A stretch of DNA of 64,000 nt from Aquiluna sp. (GCA_029241985.1 JAQWUU010000011.1:21687-85686); one strand, 5' to 3'; positions 19,156 through 30,188 are shown, counted from the first letter of the stretch. Translations and numbers: made by a program. Notes: generated by a model not told the origin, from the sequence alone.

Positions 19156-19228
19156 TAGCTTTGACCTCGGTATATTCGTAGTGTCTAGATTAACATTGTT
19201 CTTGACCGTTACCTCTCCGAAAGCATTG

Positions 19229-22200
19229 ATGTATCCAAAGCACAGCAATTCCTCTCAGGGGCCAAAGGCCTCGCCTTCCTTTCCGGAACTCGAAAAGGAG
19301 GTCCTTTCCTATTGGGAAAAAGATGGAACTTTTCAGGAGTCAATAGACCAGCGGGCCGCAGCGGATGCGCCTGAATTCGTCTTTTATGATGGTCCGCCAT
19401 TCGCAAATGGATTACCACATTACGGTCACTTGCTAACTGGATATGTCAAGGACCTGGTACCTCGCTATCAGACCATGCGAGGTAATCGAGTCGAACGAAG
19501 GTTTGGTTGGGATACTCATGGACTTCCCGCGGAGGTTGAAGCCGAGAGGCTCCTTGGGATTTCTGGTCGACCAGAAATTGAAAAATACGGGGTCGACAAG
19601 TTCAACGAGTTTTGTAAGACATCGGTCTTGAAGTACACCGAGGACTGGCGCAGCTATATCACGCGACAGGCTCGATGGGTGGATTTTGACAATGACTATA
19701 AGACTTTAGATAAGGACTACACCGAAAGTGTGATCTGGGCCTTTCAGGAGCTCTATAAAAAGGAACTCATCTACGAAGGCTTCAAAGTTCTGGCCTATTG
19801 CTGGCGTTGCGAGACTCCGCTCTCAAATCATGAACTCCGCATGGACGACGAGGTCTATCGAGATCGGCAAGATCAATCAGTAACAGTGACATTCCCCATC
19901 ACAACCGAGGGCGAATTCCACGGCGTGAATCTTCTTGCTTGGACTACAACTCCTTGGACATTGCCGACAAACTTTGCGCTAGCAGTGGGCCCCGAAATTG
20001 ATTACTCACTTATTGTTGCGCCTGAAAGTGAGCTTGGTGCTGGAAGCTATCTAATTGCTTCAGCTCTAATTGGCAGCTATCTCAAAGAGCTGGGATTTGC
20101 CGATCTCGATTCTGCCACGGCTGCAGTTTCAAAAAGAGTCAAAGGTGCCCAGCTCGGAGGGCTCAGATACCAGCCTATTTTTGAGTTCTATACCGACCCT
20201 GAAAAGTTTGACATTGGCAATGCGTGGCAAGTTCTGGTGGGGGACTACGTTACGGCGGAGGACGGAACTGGAATAGTTCACCAGGCACCTGCTTATGGTG
20301 AAGATGACCAAATGCTTTGCAATGCAGCAGGCATTCCGACTTATGTTTCAGTGAACGAAAGAGGCCAGTTCACGTCACTGATTAGCCCCTATCAGGGCCA
20401 GCATGTTTTTGATGCAAATAAGCCGATCACTAAAGACCTCAAGGAAGCTGGCCGTCTCTTTCGTCAAGCGTCTTACGAGCACAGCTATCCGCACTGCTAT
20501 CGGTGTAAGAATCCGCTGATCTACAAAGCCGTTTCCTCATGGTTTGTTGAAACAACAAAAATTCGTGATCGCATGTTGGAGTTAAACCAAGATATCAACT
20601 GGGTACCCGAGCACACCAAGCACGGAAGCTTCGGTAAGTGGTTGGAAAACGTTAGAGATTGGGCGATTTCTAGAAACCGATTCTGGGGAGCACCGATTCC
20701 AGTCTGGAAGTCTGATGACCCTAATTATCCTCGCGTGGATGTTTACGGTTCCCTGGATGAGATGGAGCGCGACTTCGGAGTCCGACCCTCAGATTTTCAT
20801 CGCCCCGTAATCGATGAGCTAACTAGACCAAACCCGGATGACCCAACCGGGAACTCCACTATGCGCAGGGTGCCTGAGGTTCTTGACTGCTGGTTCGAGT
20901 CCGGTTCTATGCCTTTTGCGCAGGTGCACTATCCGTTTGAAAACCAAGACTGGTTCGAAACACACTTTCCTGGCGATTTCATAGTCGAGTATGTCGGCCA
21001 GACCAGGGGCTGGTTCTACACACTGCATGTGCTGTCAACAGCCCTGTTTGACAGGCCTGCTTTCAAGAACAGCGTTAGTCATGGAATTGTTCTTGGAAAC
21101 GATGGGCAGAAGATGTCCAAGAGCCTCAGGAACTACCCGGATGTGAACGAAGTTTTCGATCGCGACGGCTCTGACGCAATGCGCTGGTTTTTGATGTCCA
21201 GTCCAATTTTGCGCGGGGGAAACATTGCCGTGACCGAGCAGGGAATCAGGGAAGGGGTGCGACAAGCACTACTTCCGCTTTGGAACACCTATTACTTCTT
21301 CGCTTTGTATGCAAACGCGTCAAATTACACCGCAAGCCCGTCAATGGCTTCGACTCAGTTGCTTGATCGATACATCTTGGCAAAAACGCGAGATCTAATC
21401 GATCAAGTCAGCTCGGACCTGGACGCTTTTGACAGCTTCTCTGCGTCTGGAAGAGTGCGTGAGTTCGCAGAAGTTCTTACCAATTGGTACGTGCGGCGAT
21501 CAAGGGATAGGTTCTGGGAAGGTGACAAGGATGCATTTGACACCCTTTACACGGTTCTTGAATCGACATTTCGAGTAGTTGCGCCGCTTATGCCTCTTGT
21601 CGCCGAGGAGATGTGGCGCGGTCTAACAAATGGCCGGTCTGTCCACTTGGAGAGCTGGCCAGAGGCTGAAGAGTTCACGTCGGATCCGGAGTTGGTGCGT
21701 GACATGGATGCTATCCGGGAGGCGGCCTCAGTGGGGCTCTCCTTGCGCAAGGCGGCTTCACTTAGAGTGAGGCTTCCACTTTCCAAACTGACCGTTGCAG
21801 TCTCTGATCTTGGGTCACTGAGCGATTATTCGGAGCTACTCGCGGATGAGTTAAACGTGAAGCAAGTTGAGGTAATTCAAGCCGATGCAGGCACTGCCAA
21901 GCGTTTCGGCTTAGAGCACTCTCTCGTTGTAAATTCCAGAGTGCTGGGCCCACGGCTTGGAAAAGATGTCCAGCGCATAATTATCCAGTCCAAAAAGGGA
22001 AACTGGGAATCTACCCCTGACGGTGTTCTTGTGGACGGCACTTTGCTTGAGGCCTCAGAGTTTGAATTGAGCCTGGTTCCCGGTGCGGAATCCAATGACC
22101 AAGTTGTTGGAATCACCAGCTATGGTTTCGTGCTTCTAGAGACCAAACTGTCCGAAGAGTTGCTTGCGGAGGGCCTCGCTCGTGACACGATTCGACATGT

Positions 22201-22417
22201 GCAGCAGGCACGTAAGGACGCAGGTCTGGATGTTTCTGATCGAATCGCGCTGACTCTAACGGTCGATGCAGAGTCGTTGGCAGCTTTGACTCTTCACGAA
22301 CAGCTCATTGCCAAAGAGACTTTGGCACTGGAAATTTCGACTGTGGTTGCAAAAGTGAATGCAGGCCTGAGCATCGGCGATTCAGGGATGCTTGAGATCG
22401 CGCTTAGGAAAAATTGA
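19229..22417 (+). CDS. ileS: Isoleucine--tRNA ligase, type 2 (eukaryote-like)
   Basis: [34 protein letters not shown] and KMSKS motifs. Start reassigned to ATG 19229 (MYPK...PSFPELE). Confidence 0.96.
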   Translation: MYPKHSNSSQGPKASPSFPELEKEVLSYWEKDGTFQESIDQRAAADAPEFVFYDGPPFANGLPHYGHLLTGYVKDLVPRYQTMRGNRVERRFGWDTHGLPAEVEAERLLGISGRPEIEKYGVDKFNEFCKTSVLKYTEDWRSYITRQARWVDFDNDYKTLDKDYTESVIWAFQELYKKELIYEGFKVLAYCWRCETPLSNHELRMDDEVYRDRQDQSVTVTFPITTEGEFHGVNLLAWTTTPWTLPTNFALAVGPEIDYSLIVAPESELGAGSYLIASALIGSYLKELGFADLDSATAAVSKRVKGAQLGGLRYQPIFEFYTDPEKFDIGNAWQVLVGDYVTAEDGTGIVHQAPAYGEDDQMLCNAAGIPTYVSVNERGQFTSLISPYQGQHVFDANKPITKDLKEAGRLFRQASYEHSYPHCYRCKNPLIYKAVSSWFVETTKIRDRMLELNQDINWVPEHTKHGSFGKWLENVRDWAISRNRFWGAPIPVWKSDDPNYPRVDVYGSLDEMERDFGVRPSDFHRPVIDELTRPNPDDPTGNSTMRRVPEVLDCWFESGSMPFAQVHYPFENQDWFETHFPGDFIVEYVGQTRGWFYTLHVLSTALFDRPAFKNSVSHGIVLGNDGQKMSKSLRNYPDVNEVFDRDGSDAMRWFLMSSPILRGGNIAVTEQGIREGVRQALLPLWNTYYFFALYANASNYTASPSMASTQLLDRYILAKTRDLIDQVSSDLDAFDSFSASGRVREFAEVLTNWYVRRSRDRFWEGDKDAFDTLYTVLESTFRVVAPLMPLVAEEMWRGLTNGRSVHLESWPEAEEFTSDPELVRDMDAIREAASVGLSLRKAASLRVRLPLSKLTVAVSDLGSLSDYSELLADELNVKQVEVIQADAGTAKRFGLEHSLVVNSRVLGPRLGKDVQRIIIQSKKGNWESTPDGVLVDGTLLEASEFELSLVPGAESNDQVVGITSYGFVLLETKLSEELLAEGLARDTIRHVQQARKDAGLDVSDRIALTLTVDAESLAALTLHEQLIAKETLALEISTVVAKVNAGLSIGDSGMLEIALRKN

Positions 22418-23754
22418 GTGATTCCGAAGAGGACCTGAGGTTCAAAGAGGTGCTCGACTCTTTGTATGCAAGGCAACCTGAGAATCAGATTCGCCCCAGG
22501 CTCGAACCAACAAGGCGTTTGGTTGAGTTCATGGGTAACCCTCAAGACAATTACAGGATTATCCACATCACGGGTACGAATGGAAAGACCTCGACCGCAA
22601 GAATTATTGAACGTCTGCTTCGTGAGCACGGCCTTCGCACTGGCAGGTTGACCAGCCCACATTTAGTCAGCTTCAATGAGCGCATAGCGTTGGATGGAGA
22701 AGCAGTATCCGATCAGCGGATTATTGACGCCTACGAGGAAAACGAATCTTTGATGGAACTAGTTGATTCTGAACTCAAAGAAAAGGGTGAAGAGCCCCTG
22801 ACTTTCTTCGAAGCAATAACGGCTTTGGCTTTTCACATTTTTTCCGACGCACCAATTGATGTTCTGGTGTTGGAAGTTGGAATTGGGGGAGAGTGGGACG
22901 CTACCAACGTTGCGAATGCGGATATTGCAGTTTTCACGGCTATCGGGCTTGATCATCAGAAAACCCTAGGAAATACGGTCGAAGAAATAGCAACCACAAA
23001 ATCTGGAATCATCAAGCCCAAATCAATTGTGGTTTCAAGTCCGCAGCAAAAGTCCGTGGAATCCATACTTCGGGCTGCAGCTGAAACGGAATTCATATTG
23101 GCCGAGTCAGAATTCCAACTTTCAGGAGTGGAAGCCGATGGCTTTGGAACAAGGTTTTCACTTGACGGACTTTGGCAGCACTATCCATCAATCTGGATGC
23201 CAATTATTGGGCAACATCAAGCAGAAAACGCCGCCACAGCTATTGCGGCAACCGAGGCATTTCTTGGGCGAGGTATTGCTGACGAAGTACTTCGAAGCGC
23301 GATGGCCGATGCAATAACACCGGGTCGAATGCAGGTTGTTAGCAAAGATCCGCTGGTGGTGCTTGATGGAGCTCATAACGCGGCAGGCTTGGCAAGTTTT
23401 AGGGCTTCGCTGCAGTGGCATTTTGACTCACCACGCGCCATAGGCGTTGTTGGCATGCTTGGAGATAAGGATGTCTGGGCAAGTGCCAGGGAGCTTGTGG
23501 GTGTGTTTGATCATTTGATCTTGACAACCGCACCGGGTGAACGAGGATTGCCTGCCCATGAACTATCCGACGTTTTCAGCGATGAAGACGTCCAGATTGA
23601 GGATATTGAAGCGGATTTCTGGCAAGCATATGAACGAGCAATTAGGCTAGGCGCCGAAACCAATAGACCGGTGTTCGTGACTGGTTCGCTTTATTTGGTG
23701 GGCGCGGTTTTGACAAAACTTCAAGAGCAAGACAGGGATGACATTGCGGAATAG
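22414..23754 (+). CDS. folC: Dihydrofolate synthase / folylpolyglutamate synthase
   Basis: [21 protein letters not shown] and DGAHN motifs; TTGA overlap with the ileS stop. Confidence 0.94.
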   Translation: MSDSEEDLRFKEVLDSLYARQPENQIRPRLEPTRRLVEFMGNPQDNYRIIHITGTNGKTSTARIIERLLREHGLRTGRLTSPHLVSFNERIALDGEAVSDQRIIDAYEENESLMELVDSELKEKGEEPLTFFEAITALAFHIFSDAPIDVLVLEVGIGGEWDATNVANADIAVFTAIGLDHQKTLGNTVEEIATTKSGIIKPKSIVVSSPQQKSVESILRAAAETEFILAESEFQLSGVEADGFGTRFSLDGLWQHYPSIWMPIIGQHQAENAATAIAATEAFLGRGIADEVLRSAMADAITPGRMQVVSKDPLVVLDGAHNAAGLASFRASLQWHFDSPRAIGVVGMLGDKDVWASARELVGVFDHLILTTAPGERGLPAHELSDVFSDEDVQIEDIEADFWQAYERAIRLGAETNRPVFVTGSLYLVGAVLTKLQEQDRDDIAE

Positions 23755-24148
23755 ATCCTCAAAGAGGGCACTTGCCTCGATAGCACTTAGTTTCGAGGCG
23801 TTCGTGGTGTTTTTCGCCACCCTCACTGCCTTTGGCCTGAAGGCAGCCGATATCAGTCCGAACCTCCCCAGGGTTGAGATTATTTGGGCAATTGGTCTAA
23901 CTGTGTCATTGCTATGCATCCTCACGCCTGCAGTTCTGTCCAAGCCTTTTGGCTATGCTCTGGGCTGGCTGATTCAGGCAGCGGTGCTGGCTTCTGGCTT
24001 TTGGCTGTGGGGAATGTTTGTGATTGGTTCGATGGTGGCAGGCATGTGGATTTGGGCATTGGTTGCCGGCGGCACAATTGATAAAGCTAGAGCCAACTTT
24101 GAAAAACTCAAGGAAGAAGGAAATGATGCAGACACTAGTTCTAATTAA
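23738..24148 (+). CDS. DUF4233-type membrane protein
   Basis: 136 aa with 3-4 TM segments, in the conserved position between folC and ndk. Confidence 0.75.
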   Translation: MTLRNRSSKRALASIALSFEAFVVFFATLTAFGLKAADISPNLPRVEIIWAIGLTVSLLCILTPAVLSKPFGYALGWLIQAAVLASGFWLWGMFVIGSMVAGMWIWALVAGGTIDKARANFEKLKEEGNDADTSSN

Positions 24149-24539
24149 GCCCGATGGCGTGAGACGCAACCTAATTGGGGAAATTATTTCTCGCTGCGAG
24201 GCTAAGGGCTATTCAGTAGCGCATCTAGTGAAGCTTGAGCCTTCTCGGGCGCTTCTGGCGGAACACTACCTTGAGCACGAGGGCAAGCCTTTTTACGAGG
24301 CTTTGATGGAGTTCATGCTTTCGGGCCCAGTTGTTGCAATTGCCCTCGAGGGAGAACGTGTGATTGAGGGCTTCCGCTCACTTGCGGGGCCGACAGAGCC
24401 CACTTTGGCTCCACCGGGAACAATTAGGGGAGACCTAGGTCGCGACTGGGGCACGAAGGTGGTTCAGAATCTGGTTCATGGGTCTGACTCTGAAGAAAGT
24501 GCTGCGAGGGAGTTGGCGATCTGGTTTGGAAGGGTCTAA
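24123..24539 (+). CDS. ndk: Nucleoside diphosphate kinase
   Basis: TLVLIKPDGV, PGTIRGD and NLVHGSDS (phospho-His); start reassigned to ATG 24123/24126 after an AAGGA SD. Confidence 0.96.
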   Translation: MMQTLVLIKPDGVRRNLIGEIISRCEAKGYSVAHLVKLEPSRALLAEHYLEHEGKPFYEALMEFMLSGPVVAIALEGERVIEGFRSLAGPTEPTLAPPGTIRGDLGRDWGTKVVQNLVHGSDSEESAARELAIWFGRV

Positions 24540-25102
24540 ACCAGCGTTATCCAGTAGTCCCAAAACTGAACCAGAATTAATAGGGCCATCACTAGAAAGC
24601 TCATAAGTGTGAGAACCCAAGCCCACGTATAGATAAATCTACCCAGCTTGAGGTTTCGGCCCAGGTGGCCATCCTGCATCGTTTTGCCCAATAGCGTCCA
24701 AAAAAGTGGAATCGTCGCGGCCCAAGAAACCATGCAATAGATGCACAGAGCTCCGATGTCATAAACCGATTGCGTGAAAAGCCAGATAACAAAACCCATT
24801 GCAAAGACGTGGCCCAAGAAAAATACCCGCCAAAACCACGGTGCAAATGTGGCTCCCGCAAGGATCGCCATCCCAACCAAGATGGGTGCAAAAAACGCTG
24901 CTATCCCAATCAACGGGTTCGGAAATCCCAAAAGTGCTGCCTGTTCGCTAAGCATCACCGACTTGCAACTAATAAGCGGAGAGATGTCGCAGGATGTTGA
25001 CAAGGCTGGGTTTTCCGCAACGCGAAGCCTCTCAAGGGTTAGGCCAAAGCTGGCAATCCAGCCCATGACGCCCATGGAAATCAGTGCAATTGGAAATAGC
25101 AT
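24536..25102 (-). CDS. Vitamin K epoxide reductase family protein (VKOR)
   Basis: CDISPLISC loop cysteines, FGFPNP-like segment and CIYC active site. Alternative start is TTG 25129. Confidence 0.92.
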   Translation of the reverse strand: MLFPIALISMGVMGWIASFGLTLERLRVAENPALSTSCDISPLISCKSVMLSEQAALLGFPNPLIGIAAFFAPILVGMAILAGATFAPWFWRVFFLGHVFAMGFVIWLFTQSVYDIGALCIYCMVSWAATIPLFWTLLGKTMQDGHLGRNLKLGRFIYTWAWVLTLMSFLVMALLILVQFWDYWITLV

Positions 25103-25282
25103 GTTCGAATTATCGCATTTTGGTAACAACTCGTGTCATACTTTCAATAGATGCAAACACACTTGCATCGAAGATTTATTCGGCGAGCGATATGCCCCGA
25201 TGATGAGAATTAGATTCCGGCCGAGGCTTGAATCACGAGAATGGGCCCGTAGGGTGTGAACCGAGCGGGCTTGAAGGCATAA

Positions 25283-27172
25283 GTGGCTAAGAAAAAAGAA
25301 GAGCCGAAGAAACCGCTGAGCACTCAGCTAATCTTCCAGGCGCCTGACCTACCTACTCCAAAAGTGAATCCTCGCAGCGGCAAGTTGGCCGATGATGAAG
25401 AAGGCGATGCCCCAAGAAAGCCTCTCGCCCCTAGAACTCGGACCCGCACAAAGTCTGATGCTGCGCCTGCTGCTAAGAAGGCAGAACCGGCAACCGAAGA
25501 AAAGGAAACCGGCTCTACCCGCGTGGCAGCTAAGAAGCAGCGCAGAAATAGCTCAAGAGATTCCGGTAGGCGCAGGACAGCTGTTACCGAGTCAGAATTT
25601 TTGGCGCGACGCGAATCCGTGGATCGTCGCATGGTCGTTCGCGAAAAAGATGAGCGAGTTCAGATCGGTGTCTTGGAAGACGGCCTTCTCGTCGAGCACT
25701 ACGTAGCAGAGAGCCAAGGAGGCTCTTTGATCGGAAACGTCTACCTTGGAAAAGTTCAGAATGTTCTGCCATCCATGGAAGCAGCTTTTGTTGATATCGG
25801 ACGAGGTAGAAATGCCGTTCTTTACTCCGGTGAAGTCGACTGGGAGGCTGCTGAAACTGGAAACCAACCACGGCGCATTGAACTTGCTCTGAAGTCTGGA
25901 GATCAGGTTTTGGTTCAGGTAACCAAGGACCCGGTGGGTCAAAAGGGCGCGCGCCTAACTTCCCAGATTTCGCTACCTGGACGTTTTTTGGTTTACGTAC
26001 CCGGCGGCAATATGTCGGGAATTTCTCGGAAGCTCCCGGAGGGCGAACGACAAAGACTAAAGCAGATTCTGAAGCATGCCTTGCCAGAAGATGCCGGTGT
26101 GATTGTTCGCACGGCAGCTGAGGGCGCGACTGAAGACCAACTGACCCTTGATGTGGAGCGACTAAAGGCTCAATGGGAGCAAATCAATGCCGTCGTTGCA
26201 ATGGGTAAGGCTCCAACGCTCCTTCACAGCGAGCCGGATTTGTTGGTCAAAATAATCCGTGATGTTTTCAATGAGGACTTCGCTGAGCTTGTTATTGCCG
26301 GGGATGAGTCCCACGAGACGATCAGTAAGTATTTGGAATCTGTCGCCCCGGAGCTTCTTGAGCGCATTGTTCAGCACAAATCAGACGAAGATATTTTTGA
26401 CACCTACAAGCTTGGCGATCAGATTATCAAGGCGCTTGATCGCAAAGTCTTCCTGCCGTCCGGTGGCTCTTTGGTCATCGACCGCACTGAGGCCATGACT
26501 GTCGTGGATGTGAACACCGGTAAATTCATAGGTTCCGGTGGCAACCTGGAAGAAACAGTGACCAAGAACAACTTGGAAGCTGCCGAAGAACTAGTCCGCC
26601 AACTCAGATTGAGAGATATCGGCGGAATTGTCGTGGTTGACTTCATTGACATGATCCAGGAATCGAACCAGGAGATGGTTCGTAGAAGGCTTCTTGAATG
26701 CCTTTCCAGAGACCGGACCAAGAACCAGGTTGGCGAAGTTACGTCACTCGGCCTGGTCCAGCTCACTCGAAAGAAAATCGGTCTCGGGTTGCTAGAAACC
26801 TTCTCTGAGCCCTGTGATTGCTGCGCCGGCAGAGGGGTAGTCGTTCACGACGAGCCCCGGTTTAAGATGCCTGAATCATCAGAACCCAAAAGGGGTAAGC
26901 GCAAGGAAAGAACTAAATCTCAGGCGGAGCCCCAAATCGTAAAGAAGATCGTTACGGCGGAGCAAGCTGATGCTTTCAAGTCTGTTGTAAATCAGATTGC
27001 GGCTGCCGGGCACTCCGAGGATTCGGCTAGCGCGCCTGAAGTCAAGGAGCCTGAGGGTAAGACTGAAATCTTGAATGCGGTGCTGGATTCTCTCCCGGAA
27101 CCGGAATTAGTGGCAAAGCCGAAAAGGCGCAGGGCAACCTCTGCTGGTAAAGCCATCGACACAAAGAACTAA
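25283..27172 (+). CDS. rne: Ribonuclease E/G family
   Basis: S1 domain (GNVYLGKVQNVLPSMEAAFVDIG), DVNTGKF, RLRDIGGIVVVDFIDM and CxxC Zn-link; 629 aa; GTG start. Confidence 0.94.
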   Translation: MAKKKEEPKKPLSTQLIFQAPDLPTPKVNPRSGKLADDEEGDAPRKPLAPRTRTRTKSDAAPAAKKAEPATEEKETGSTRVAAKKQRRNSSRDSGRRRTAVTESEFLARRESVDRRMVVREKDERVQIGVLEDGLLVEHYVAESQGGSLIGNVYLGKVQNVLPSMEAAFVDIGRGRNAVLYSGEVDWEAAETGNQPRRIELALKSGDQVLVQVTKDPVGQKGARLTSQISLPGRFLVYVPGGNMSGISRKLPEGERQRLKQILKHALPEDAGVIVRTAAEGATEDQLTLDVERLKAQWEQINAVVAMGKAPTLLHSEPDLLVKIIRDVFNEDFAELVIAGDESHETISKYLESVAPELLERIVQHKSDEDIFDTYKLGDQIIKALDRKVFLPSGGSLVIDRTEAMTVVDVNTGKFIGSGGNLEETVTKNNLEAAEELVRQLRLRDIGGIVVVDFIDMIQESNQEMVRRRLLECLSRDRTKNQVGEVTSLGLVQLTRKKIGLGLLETFSEPCDCCAGRGVVVHDEPRFKMPESSEPKRGKRKERTKSQAEPQIVKKIVTAEQADAFKSVVNQIAAAGHSEDSASAPEVKEPEGKTEILNAVLDSLPEPELVAKPKRRRATSAGKAIDTKN

Positions 27173-27184
27173 ATACTTGCAATC

Positions 27185-27209
27185 TGTGTTGCCCCGACAC
27201 ATTTTCTTT
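27185..27209 (+). terminator. Probable intrinsic terminator after rne
   Basis: TGTGTTG-CCC-CGACACA hairpin followed by TTTTCTTT. Confidence 0.5.
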
Positions 27210-27278
27210 GCTAAACTTCGAGGCTGTTGCTCACCATCTGTGAGCTAACGAGATTTCCCTAAAAAGTTAGGTTTCAAC

Positions 27279-27584
27279 GTGGTTTACGCAATTGTTCGCG
27301 CTGGTGGACGTCAGGAAAAGGTTGAGGTCGGCACCATCGTGACCATGAACCGTATTGCAGCATCATCGGGCATGATCGAACTGCCGGCAGTTCTTTTGGT
27401 AGATGGTGACAAGGTCACCTCAGACTCAAAGACTCTTGCCAAGGTCAAGGTTGTTGCAGAAGTGCTAGAGCAGACCAGAGGGCCAAAGATTTCAATTCAA
27501 AAATACAAGAACAAGACTGGATACAAGAAGCGTCAGGGCCACCGCCAGGACCTCACTCGTGTCCAGGTCAAAGAGATTAAGTAA
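27279..27584 (+). CDS. rplU: 50S ribosomal protein L21
   Basis: [13 protein letters not shown] and [16 protein letters not shown] motifs. Confidence 0.97.
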   Translation: MVYAIVRAGGRQEKVEVGTIVTMNRIAASSGMIELPAVLLVDGDKVTSDSKTLAKVKVVAEVLEQTRGPKISIQKYKNKTGYKKRQGHRQDLTRVQVKEIK

Positions 27585-27598
27585 CGAGGAGTTAGACA

Positions 27599-27850
27599 AT
27601 GGCATCCAAAAAGGGAGTTAGCTCCACTAGAAACGGTCGCGATTCAAATGCACAGCGTTTGGGTGTAAAGCGTCACGATGGTCAGGCAGTAAACGCCGGA
27701 GAGATCATTGTTCGCCAGCGCGGAACTCACTTTCACCCTGGGGTGAACGTTGGGCGTGGCAAGGATGACACACTCTTCGCTCTAGCAGCAGGAGCCGTCA
27801 AGTTTGGTGCAAAAGCTGGTCGTCGAGTAGTAAACATCGTTACCCAGTAG
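27599..27850 (+). CDS. rpmA: 50S ribosomal protein L27
   Basis: [24 protein letters not shown] and GKDDTLFAL motifs. Confidence 0.97.
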   Translation: MASKKGVSSTRNGRDSNAQRLGVKRHDGQAVNAGEIIVRQRGTHFHPGVNVGRGKDDTLFALAAGAVKFGAKAGRRVVNIVTQ

Positions 27851-27862
27851 GAAATTTTGAAG

Positions 27863-27895
27863 AAAGGCGAACCTGCAACGGGTTCGCCTTTTTTT
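27863..27895 (+). terminator. Intrinsic terminator after rplU-rpmA
   Basis: AGGCGAACC/GGTTCGCCT 9-bp stem followed by a T-run. Confidence 0.85.
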
Positions 27896-27908
27896 GTTTG
27901 GAGGAAAA

Positions 27909-29402
27909 ATGGTCACATTCGTTGATCAAGTAACACTGCACTTGTCCGCAGGTAATGGTGGCGACGGCTGCACCAGCACTAAGCGTGAAAAATTCAAGCC
28001 GCTTGCAGGGCCGGATGGTGCTAACGGTGGTGACGGTGGAACTATTTCCCTCGTTTCAGACCTCAATACGACTACCCTGCTGGATTATCACCATCGCCCA
28101 CACCGCTCCGGCCTCAACGGGTCATCAGGGGCCGGTGACTTCCGCAATGGAGCCCACGGTGGCGATATTTCACTCAAGGTGCCCGTAGGCACCGTGGTCA
28201 AGGATGCCAAGGGCAAATTGCTTGCCGACCTTGATGCTCCCGACATGGAGATTGTGATCGCGCAGGGAGGCCAGGGAGGCCTCGGCAATGCCGCCCTGTC
28301 AAATCAGAAGCGAATCGCACCCGGTTTCCACCTGCTCGGTGTCCCAGGTTGGCAAGGCGATGTAATTCTTGAACTAAAAGTCGTAGCCGATGTTGCGCTA
28401 GTTGGCTTCCCAAGTGCGGGCAAAAGCTCTCTGATAGCCGCGATGAGTTCCGCCAGGCCTAAAATTGCGGATTATCCATTCACGACTCTTCATCCAAACT
28501 TAGGCGTTGTTCAGGCAGGGGAGAGGCGCTACACAGTCGCCGATGTTCCGGGTCTAATCGAAGGTGCAAGCCAGGGAAAAGGGTTGGGCCTTGAATTTCT
28601 CAGGCATGTTGAGCGCTGTAGCGCTCTGCTTCACGTGATCGATTGCGCAACCATGGAACCCGGTCGGGACCCAATTAGTGACCTCAACATAATCCTCGGC
28701 GAGTTGCGCGATTATCAAGTCCCTGAGGGTCAAACGCCTTTGCATGAGAGGCCTCAACTGATTGCGTTGAATAAGGTAGATGTCCCTGATGCTAAAGAGC
28801 TAGCCGAATTTGTGAAGAAAGACCTAGAGGCTCTTGGATATCCAGTCTTCTTAGTTTCAACTGCTAGCCATGAGGGCTTAAAAGATCTCAATTTTGCCTT
28901 GAGTAAGGTAGTCGAGACAGCAAGAGAGAATCAGATTAGTGGAACCAAGAAACGCTTTTCTTTGATTCAGTCCAAGGTTGATGATTCTGCATATGTTGTT
29001 CGCAAAGAGTCCATATCAGGCGAGGATGTGTTTCGAATCATTGGCTCAAAGCCTGAACGTTGGGTAGCTCAGACGCATTTTGGTAACACAGAGGCTGTCG
29101 GTTATTTGGCGGAGCGTCTTGCAAAAATCGGCGTTGAGGACGAACTGGTGCGGCAAGGAGCAAAGCGTGGCTCGACAGTGATTATTGGAGAGGGTAATGG
29201 TGTCGTATTTGATTGGGACCCTCTCATCGATTCAGTGGCTGAGCTAGCCGAAGGCCTTGGCGTGAATGACGTCGGGCCAAGGCGGACAAACCAGACTCGT
29301 CGCGACGAATACTACGCAATGATGGACCAGCGTGCTCAGGGTCGCGAGGAGCGGCAAGCAGTTCGAGAGGCGAGCGTTTTCGCAGAAGAAGATGGCAATT
29401 GA
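27909..29402 (+). CDS. obgE: GTPase ObgE/CgtA
   Basis: FVDQV, Gly-rich N-domain, GFPSAGKSS, YPFTTL, DVPGLIEGAS and NKVD; start reassigned to ATG 27909 after a GGAGG SD. Confidence 0.96.
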   Translation: MVTFVDQVTLHLSAGNGGDGCTSTKREKFKPLAGPDGANGGDGGTISLVSDLNTTTLLDYHHRPHRSGLNGSSGAGDFRNGAHGGDISLKVPVGTVVKDAKGKLLADLDAPDMEIVIAQGGQGGLGNAALSNQKRIAPGFHLLGVPGWQGDVILELKVVADVALVGFPSAGKSSLIAAMSSARPKIADYPFTTLHPNLGVVQAGERRYTVADVPGLIEGASQGKGLGLEFLRHVERCSALLHVIDCATMEPGRDPISDLNIILGELRDYQVPEGQTPLHERPQLIALNKVDVPDAKELAEFVKKDLEALGYPVFLVSTASHEGLKDLNFALSKVVETARENQISGTKKRFSLIQSKVDDSAYVVRKESISGEDVFRIIGSKPERWVAQTHFGNTEAVGYLAERLAKIGVEDELVRQGAKRGSTVIIGEGNGVVFDWDPLIDSVAELAEGLGVNDVGPRRTNQTRRDEYYAMMDQRAQGREERQAVREASVFAEEDGN

Positions 29403-30178
29403 AGACGGCAGAGCGTCTTGCATCTGCCAAGCGGATCGTAGTAAAAGTTGGCTCCAGTTCAATCACCGGTGAAAATGAGCACAACCTAGCCCTCATTGTT
29501 GACTTTGCAGCTGAGCTTCGGAAGCTTGCCAAAGAAGTTGTGATAGTCAGTTCTGGCGCGATTGCCACTGCGGCGCCTCTAATGGGATTGACTGTCCGTT
29601 CGGATGACTTGCCAACTTCCCAGGCTCTCGCGAGTATCGGACAGGCAAAACTAATGGGTCGCTACGAGTCGTCTTTGGCGAGGCACAATCTGCTCCCCGG
29701 TCAAATTCTTTTGACTGTCGAGAATTTAGACCAGGAACAATCTTCAATAAACGCAATGAGGGCAATCGAGCGTCTTCTAGAAATAGGCGTGGTTCCAATC
29801 ATCAACGAAAATGACTCCGTGGCGACCCATGAAATTCGCTTTGGAGACAACGATCAACTAGCTGCGAGGGTCTCAACGCTTGCCGGATCAGATCTCATGG
29901 TTCTGCTCAGCGACATCGATGGCCTCTACACAAAGCCACCTCAGGATTCAGGTGCCGAGCACATAGCTCTGGTGGAATTCGGGGACCCCTTGAATAGCAT
30001 TGAAGTGTCTGGAACATCAACTGGCTACGGCACCGGCGGAGCGCTCACAAAGTTGGCCGCGGCAAGGCTCGCAACCACCGGCGGTGTTGGCGTTATTCTC
30101 ACGGCTACTGCCAACGTGACAAAACTTCTGGATAGTGACTGCAAGCACACTTGGTTTGAGCCAAACTCTAGGGTTTAG
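29399..30178 (+). CDS. proB: Glutamate 5-kinase (no PUA domain)
   Basis: VVKVGSSS, VSSGA, INENDSV, FGDND and GTGGALTK; 259 aa. Confidence 0.95.
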   Translation: MKTAERLASAKRIVVKVGSSSITGENEHNLALIVDFAAELRKLAKEVVIVSSGAIATAAPLMGLTVRSDDLPTSQALASIGQAKLMGRYESSLARHNLLPGQILLTVENLDQEQSSINAMRAIERLLEIGVVPIINENDSVATHEIRFGDNDQLAARVSTLAGSDLMVLLSDIDGLYTKPPQDSGAEHIALVEFGDPLNSIEVSGTSTGYGTGGALTKLAAARLATTGGVGVILTATANVTKLLDSDCKHTWFEPNSRV

Positions 30179-30188
30179 GATTTTGAGC

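Noticed and set aside
19055-19248. Apparent head-to-head overlap of valS (track start 19248) and ileS (track start 19055)
   Set aside because: It is an artefact of longest-ORF calling; homology-consistent starts are 19155 and 19229.
25093-25108. Possible second LexA box near the VKOR/rne promoters
   Set aside because: Only the right half-site (GTTCGA) is present; the left half matches 1 of 6.
24774-25259. 161-aa plus-strand ORF
   Set aside because: It is mostly antisense to VKOR, runs into the rne leader, and has no recognisable motif or SD.
29399-30178. ProB without a PUA domain
   Set aside because: PUA-less glutamate 5-kinases are well known, and the stop is followed directly by proA, so this is not a truncation.
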